A stretch of 62,199 nt of DNA, filler included. It is 7 parts of 7 records of this genome, joined end to end, with 100 filler letters (N's around TTAATTAATTAA, not from the genome) between each part and the next. Parts side by side here need not be neighbours in the genome. Positions count along the whole stretch, not along the records: positions 50,789 to 56,638 come from SRR2962707_2279; positions 56,739 to 62,199 come from SRR2962707_2285; 5 more parts are not named here. One strand, given 5' to 3'. Made by a program: the position numbers and the translations under genes. The notes below the pieces were generated by a model, which searched no databases, was not told the origin of the DNA, and was given only the letters and a program-made list of their open reading frames with translations. Shown one piece after another: positions 55,556-62,199 of this stretch (the stretch's first letter is position 1; each line of letters begins with the position of its first letter).

Positions 55556-56068
55556 CTACCTCACGATTACGGTTGTAGTGACCCCAATTGCCATTGCCAA
55601 GGCGGAGAGTGATAAGAACGTCCCTACAGCTGCAGATGTTCGTCCGTTGTTGGCTTCATTCGCCCGATCTGCTTCCGCTGGTGTCTTGCACTGAACAGAA
55701 GAGTTACCACTGTACGCCTTCATCATTGCATCGGCAGCAGCACAGTCTGTGTTGTCGCCAAACAGATGAGAGCAATTTTGAATTCCGAATCCGTACAAAT
55801 TGTTGATTGCAGTCATTGTGAGCGTCGTGTAGTCACCCGGTTCTCCTGCACCGACCCAATTCGCGCACGAGCCCAAGCTGCCATCAGACGGCACCCCCCC
55901 CCAGAAGTGCGCGTTTTGTTCGCTGCCTTCACACCAGGCAACTTCCCACCACTCGTCCGCAAAATATTCGCAGCAACAGGCAGCCTCAACGCTACCTCTA
56001 GCGGAAATCAACACCACAAGCCATGGCACAACAGTAACTCCCACAAAGTTGAACAGCCTCACCAACAT
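55556..56068 (-). CDS. Secreted Cys-rich protein with probable GPI-anchor or C-terminal membrane signal
   Basis: 170 aa, intronless. Signal peptide ends VEA, the core is Cys/Trp-rich, and the tail is small residues (TSAA) followed by a hydrophobic stretch. Confidence 0.65.
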   Translation of the reverse strand: MLVRLFNFVGVTVVPWLVVLISARGSVEAACCCEYFADEWWEVAWCEGSEQNAHFWGGVPSDGSLGSCANWVGAGEPGDYTTLTMTAINNLYGFGIQNCSHLFGDNTDCAAADAMMKAYSGNSSVQCKTPAEADRANEANNGRTSAAVGTFLSLSALAMAIGVTTTVIVR

Positions 56069-56638
56069 ATCGGTTCCGGTCAGCCAAAGGGATCTGCAGC
56101 CGGGAGTCCTCTGACGACAACACGCCACGAATCCCACGAAGTCTTCCGCCGGGAAAATCGCGAACTTGCAGCTCTCAGCTCTCAACTCTCAGCCCCCGTC
56201 CTCGTTCGTGCAATAATCGAATTCAAAAACACGCTTCCGACAGAAAACACTGCAGCAGAAGCAGCAGCAGCGACTTGATTCGACCTCGCAAGCACAAAAG
56301 AGTCCACAGCGACTGCTTCGTTGGGGCCACAATGTATGTTGGCATTCATTATTTATTCACGTCTTACTGACTGCTTCCTTGCGTTTGTCTTTGTCGACTC
56401 GCCTCCTACTCTTCTTCTTCTGTCCGGATCCGTCACGCACGGTCGCAGTCTCTGCCTCGCCTGTCCATCTATTATCTCACTGCTCGACTTTTGTCTCCTC
56501 TCTGTCACAATTATTTTCACGAGCCAACCGACTCGTCGTCGTTGTCGAGCTCTTGTGAATTTTTCAACAGCAGCAAAAGACACAAAAAAACGAAAAAAAA
56601 ATCAAAACACAAAAAAACGCGAAAAACGAAAACAGGAA

Positions 56639-56738
56639 NNNNNNNNNNNNNNNNNNNNNNNNNNNNNNNNNNNNNNNNNNNNTTAATTAATTAANNNNNN
56701 NNNNNNNNNNNNNNNNNNNNNNNNNNNNNNNNNNNNNN
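56639..56738. other. Artificial contig spacer
   Basis: 44 N + TTAATTAATTAA + 44 N. Confidence 0.97.
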
Positions 56739-56760
56739 GGGGGGGGGGGGGGGGGGGGGG

Positions 56761-59700
56761 GGGCACCGCCGCCTTCTCCAGCCGTCGCAGAAACTCCTCC
56801 ACCGGCTGCAAACGTACATGAACAACCTACCGCTGGCAACGCAGGCGTGGGTGGTTTACGAAATCGTGGGCATGTGCACCGGCTTTCAATGGATTAAAGA
56901 GAACGGGGATTTTCGGCAAGTGCAGTGCGCTTGTGACTCGTGCGGGACGGCGGAAATCGAGCACCCGTTTGAATGGGCGGCGGGGTGCCGAGGTTTCGAC
57001 CCGGATACAGATCGCTCCGAGGCTACAGTGGCAGCGGAAGCTCGGGCGGACGCTGTTGTGCAGCAAAAAGAAGTCCCTGGGGGAGGTCATGTGCACGCCT
57101 TGCCAGTTAAACCAGTCCATGCAGAGACTGCTCACCAACTCCAAGAGCCAAGTCCTGATTCAACGTCGCTCCCGAACCCGAATGCGCCCCCTATTCCCCA
57201 TCGTCCGCCACGTCGGCATTTGCTGTGCTTGAAGTGTGTGCTTGAGCACATTTCAGATCCTGAGCGGTGTGAACAGTGGTTGTGCCCCGTGTGCATTCGT
57301 GATTACCCTGAAAGTGTTGAAGCTGAGGATCCATGGGTGCGTTGAAGCGCGTCAAAGTACACTGACGCTGTACTGTCTTCGATATGCCACACAGCACTCC
57401 CTGCATCGAGAGCTGCCTGACGGTCAGACGTTTATTTCTCGTTTTGCAGGCTGTAACCACTGCGCCCATAAGCAAAGCAGAGAGCCTAGCTCGATTTATA
57501 TTGCTTGATCCAAAGGCTCCATCGAAATGCGGTGCGTCTGTGCCGTTGGCTCTGCCTCGACATCGCCAATTTTGCCCTCAATCCCTATTGTTCAGGCCGC
57601 GTGGTTCAATGTCACATTGCATGTGTTTTCACGGGAAAGGTCAACCACGTCAATCGTCCACAGAAAATGGAGTGGACCAAAAGCAAAAAAAGAAGAAGAA
57701 AATAGTGCATGATGGTCAAAGACGCAAATTACAGAAGCAACAGAAGCAGAAGCTTCGACGCGAGATGGAAGCAGCAAAGCGGCTAAGGCGTGAAATCGCA
57801 GATGGGGTGCCCTCTGGTCCTTCTGGCTCCGCAGTGGCTGAAGTTCTTGACAATGCCAGTTCTGCAACTAGTTCGTGCATGACTATCGAACAAGCAGTAG
57901 CCGCGGTGTCGCCAGAGCTCGTCGAACGGATCAAGGCAGCAGGAAATCGCGTTCGCGAGCTGAAGTCAGCAAAAGAAGACTTTCAACCTGCGTTGAAAGA
58001 ATTGCTAGCAGCAAAGGCTGCTTTCAAGCAAGCGACCGGTGTTGACTATGTCCCACCTGGCTACAAACCGCAGCGAAAGGTAAGCTTCGTGTATGCGTGC
58101 GCTCCACGTGTGGTGTGGTGTCCTGCAATCATTTGAAGGCCGTGTTTGGGTTGCTGAGTTCTTGAAACATCCTTATTGAAAGTGCACTGGTCGGTTACTT
58201 GGCAGGCTCGAACGAAGAAAAAGAGGCAGGCAGCGCTGAAGCAAGCTGTGGCAGACTTCAAAGAGCAAGTCAATGCTCTAGACAATAAGAATACATTGTC
58301 TTCAAGCCTTCAATCCAACAGCGGCCACATCCCAAAAGCTTGCACTCCAACGGATAGTACGCAAACATTAGCGCAGAGCAGCGAAGTACCGATCGGCGAT
58401 GCCCATGCAACGGAAACTACACCAAGCAATGCTCAAGCTGGGCCCAAGTCTGCTGAAGACAGGTGGGCCACTCTGCGCAAGATGCTTCCCGCAGGTATTG
58501 AGGAAAGGCTGAAGGCACTCTCCAAAGGGTCTGCCGATCACCCTGACAAGCTCGTGGTCTTCCGGCCGCCGCCGCATGCAGCGGACCGAGATCAACGACG
58601 TCAACTTCATATCCTAATCAAAGATCTATTCCCAAAGCTGCACACAGATACCCACGTTGAGCGCCCAAGCCAACACAATTCTGCACCTGCGAATTCTGGA
58701 ACACAGCCCACAGCAGAAGTGTGCCACTTTATTCGAGTTTGGCACGGAGACATTCTTGGTGACTCAACTGCAACCGCGACAGCAACCAACGCTGCTGTCC
58801 AAGCATCACTGGGCACAGCCGCAGCAGCAAGAGGAGAAGCTGGCGCGCAGAATGCCAAACTTACGCGTCGACAACGCCGGGGATGGCGTGGCGATGCGGT
58901 GCTGCCACTTCCAGCTGGAAATAGTCTCCTCTGTGGCACGGACCAAGGTAGGCCGCGTTGGTTTCAAGACGTGGTGGGGAGGCTGGCACTGGAGACGTTC
59001 TGCCTATTTGTACGCGAAGCTATCGTTTTCAGAGCTTGTTGTATTTGCTGGCGCTGTGTTGAAGGCCGTCGGATGGAACTTTTCTTTGAAGCCATCGAAG
59101 CTGGGCAGCACAGCCGTGTGTATCATCTGGTGCAGGCAGGTGTCAACTTGGACCAACAGAATGAGTACGCTTCACCAATGGTCTTGTCGCCCCGCCTTGC
59201 TCCGATCTTGATTTTTTGTTGTTGATAGAATTGTGGCTTGATTGCCTGCAGATATGGCCACACAGCTGTTTTTTTGGCAGCATGGTATGGCTACGATGCA
59301 ATCCGCAAAACATTGCAGGTTTGCGCAGCCGTACTTGTCTGTGCTCTCACTGCTGCGTTTCCATCGATCGCTATTTTTACTTGGCAGAGCAATGACTGAT
59401 CAATCACCTTGCACTGCAGGCTGCTGGCGCCGATGAGTCCATAGCTGCCAACGATGGCACAACCGTTGCACAGGTTGCAATGCTAAGAAATCGAAGTGGC
59501 ATTGCGCCTGAGCGCTTGGTAACGTCGCTCTTGACATCGTTGGAAGCTTCATCATCGAGAGGCACGTTGCTGGATCTTATTCCACTGGAAAACCAGGCAA
59601 AACCAGAGATTTGCGCAATAACAAAAGCACAGGAAACCAACAGCCAAACAGAACCTGTTTCTTTGGGCGTCAAGGAGGAGGAAGACAAGGAGGAAGTGCA

Positions 59701-60597
59701 GGTCCACGTTGGTGCTGGCCAGTCATTTGTAATTGACGATGCTTTTGACCCTGCCTTTTTGGCCAAAATTGATGCCATGCGACAAACGTTGCCTTTCGCG
59801 CCGGTACGTTGCATTTGTTACACTTTGCTCCGCGTCCCTTATCTATCGGATCAGAAAAGTCATGCAAGCTTGGATCAGTTGGACTTGCCTGCTTTGTCGT
59901 TCATGTTCAATGTCAAGGAGACGAAAAAGTCACACTCGCTTCGCCGGTATTATTGTGATGTCGATGGATCTGTGTCGTTGCAAATTCGAGCCGTCTTGAG
60001 AGCGCATGGGCTCAATCTTTCGCCATTGTCCAAAATGCGTTTCTTAGAGTACACATCCGCAAACCAAGTAAATCTATGATTTCAGTGCCACGGTGCGATC
60101 GGAGTTGGGCAGTCTTAATTTGTTTTGCTTGTTGTCTTCGAAGGATTTGCCGCCCCACGTCGACTTGTCGAGGACGACACAATTGGGTGTGACATCAACG
60201 CACACTTTCATTCTTTACCTCACTAATTGTGCGGATGGAGGTGAGACATCCCTGCTTACCCACGTCTCACCCCAGAGCTCGCCGGAGGACCACCTGTATG
60301 ATGTGAAACCTGTGGCTGGTGCGTTCGGTGACCACTCGCAAGGAGATTTCTTGTTTTCGTATATTGGTCGATGTGTGCATGTTTGCATTTAATGTGTTGA
60401 GGTGGTGCTTGACGCTCGTGTATCTTGTTGCTTGTTCTTTTTTTTCTTCGTTAGGCCGGTTGCTCTTATTTCCCCATATGTGTCCGCACGAGGGGCGCAT
60501 GGTGGAAACACTCCCTAAAATTTTGCTTCGAGGCGAGCTATTGGATGTATCAGCCAGCGAGGAGGCGGAAAGAAAGTTCGCTGAAGTTGGGTATTGA
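56761..60597 (+). CDS. RING-like + WHEP + R3H-like + ankyrin + 2OG-Fe(II) oxygenase protein, spliced, possibly 5' partial
   Basis: Phase-compatible GT-AG introns at 57337-57449, 58080-58205, 58948-59064, 59165-59251, 59319-59419, 59804-59917, 60068-60143 and 60319-60454. Motifs GNRVRELKS..LLAAK..TGVDY, NEYGHTAVFLAAW, PHVD..YLT...GGET..HEG. Confidence 0.78.
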
Positions 60598-60808
60598 CAG
60601 GACGCTCGATTGCCCTGTCCCAACACCTATCCAGCGAGCATTCCACGCACTCACGCAAAGTATTGCACAGGAAAGCGAAAGAATAAATAAAAAATAAATA
60701 TCTAGACAACCAAACCGTAACACTCTCAGCCGACAAAGTGGGCTTCACATCACAACCTCGCTCCGGCTGTCCCAAAGTGCAAAAGCCTTGATTGCACATT
60801 GGCCGTGG

Positions 60809-62199
60809 CTACCGAACTGTCTTAGTGGATGTGTGGCCGAGAAACTCGCGCTGCAGCTGTCCAATCACATCGACAATACGTCGTGCTCGGTGTGAGACAT
60901 TCAACTCGGCCGTACTGGAAGGGCCATCAGACACTTCTGTCGTGCGTCGTCCATTGCGATGGGGGTCCTGTTGACCACAAAGGCGTTTCAGAACACGGCT
61001 GTCTTTCATTTGTGTCAACGCAAGCAATACTCGATTCAGCTGGATGGCTTTCCGAGTTGCCTCCTCCAAGTCGTCATCTTTTTGCCCGGCACCGCCATCA
61101 TCGTCGTCATCTGACGAATCGTAAGCATGCGCATGTTGGGACGGCGATGGACCTAAAGACGCGTTGTCTGGAACTGCGGATGAGAAATGCTCGGTTGCCC
61201 ATGGGAGCACGCATTTTGTGAAAAGATCCAAGGCATGAAGCGCCGCAAGAGCATACGACTCGTAGCGGCTCCCCAACAGAATTGACACAAGTGGGAGCAA
61301 ACCGCGCACAAGCTCAAGCGGAGTTCCTGCGATTCGAACAACGCCCACAAGCAACACAACAACGGGCGCATTGGTCAAAACAACACATGCACAATCGACT
61401 GTTACCGCACAAACCCTCAACATCAAACGAACCTTCGAAGTCCTCGAGCGCCCGGACATTCAAGGAACGAAGAAAATCTGCTGTCACAGAGGCATCTTGG
61501 TTCGCCTGCAGATACGAAAGAATTGCTTCAACATCACCAGCAGCCCAAAACTTCCTGAGCAGCTGCAGTTTCTTTACCCTTGCTTCCAGGACAGCTTGCA
61601 CCGTGTTGTGTGACTGTGCAAATTCGGATCCAGTGAAAAAGTCACTGGCAGCTGCTGTGGTCGCCACATCTGTTGCCGATACACTACTTCCAACGGGTTT
61701 AACCCCTTTATTGTTGGGTGCCAGCAAAATCATTGTTTGGGCGAGCTCATCCTCATACGGGGAATTCGTAACAGATGCGGTGTTGGCTGTACCACCCGAA
61801 TCAGCGTTGCCAGCATCGCAATGGAGGCTGGCATCAGGCGCCATTTCCGAAGTATCGTTGAAGAAGCGAATTGCACCATCCTCCGCCCCAGCTGCAGTGG
61901 CGCCATTTTCAGTAGTCGCTCCAAGCTTCGTCGACCCGCCCAAAGCCCTTGGGCTGCGCGGAGCTACAATGGTTTGATCGTTGTTTCCGAGTTCGATTGG
62001 CTCTGGCTCCGACTCCAGCCCACCATCATCAAAGTGACGTTCAATGATGCAGCTTGCTGAGGGGCGTGGCGCTACCACCGTCGCCTCCAAAGCTGGCGAG
62101 TTTGCAGATGCACCAGCCGGTCCAGCGTCGGCATTGGAGTTTACAATGGACGAAGCAGCAGCAGTTGCTGCAGTTGTTGTTGTTGTTGTTGCTGCTGCT
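60809..62199 (-). CDS. Katanin p80 (KATNB1-like) C-terminal con80 domain, 5' partial
   Basis: HNTVQAVLEARVKKLQLLRKFWAAGD..DASVTADFL, intron 61432-61327, then LELVRGLLPLVSILLGSRYESY. The frame is open to the window end. Confidence 0.8.

Noticed and set aside
56739-56763. Poly-G run as a G-quadruplex or regulatory tract
   Set aside because: It sits at a contig start and may be a sequencing artefact.
62154-62199. Trinucleotide repeat as polyglutamine
   Set aside because: In the katanin frame it encodes an ordinary Ala/Thr linker.

Overview
This window is not one locus. It is seven contigs joined by six artificial 100-nt spacers (44 N + TTAATTAATTAA + 44 N), from at least three organisms. (1) 1-16682: an AT-rich Bacteroidota (Flavobacteriaceae-like) contig with a DUF4251-like lipoprotein, a porin frameshifted in a T9 run, and a NUDIX/NrtR-family regulator. 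The regulator is divergent from xylE-xylB-xylA-susC-susD-surface lipoprotein-GH2, and the GH2 has an in-frame TAG near its 3' end. (2) 16783-32572: a GC-rich Rhodobacteraceae-like housekeeping contig with two ABC exporters, cca, a CoA pyrophosphatase, hslO, a NUDIX hydrolase, REC-PP2C and Hpt proteins, ilvA, argG, a sulfotransferase-like/aminotransferase-IV pair, msrA, a ribokinase and maeB. (3) 32673-62199: five contigs of an intron-containing, probably flagellated microbial eukaryote, with introns of about 90-130 nt spliced here by hand. They encode a glucokinase-regulatory-protein homologue with a GC-AG intron, a CEP83-like protein, a C2-TBC-EF-hand protein, a HEAT-like protein, a GPI-type surface protein and katanin p80. 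Two multidomain proteins stand out: SH3-pseudokinase-TIR-RhoGAP (about 1616 aa) and RING-WHEP-R3H-ankyrin-2OG-Fe(II) oxygenase. All family calls are from motif recognition by eye; no searches were run.
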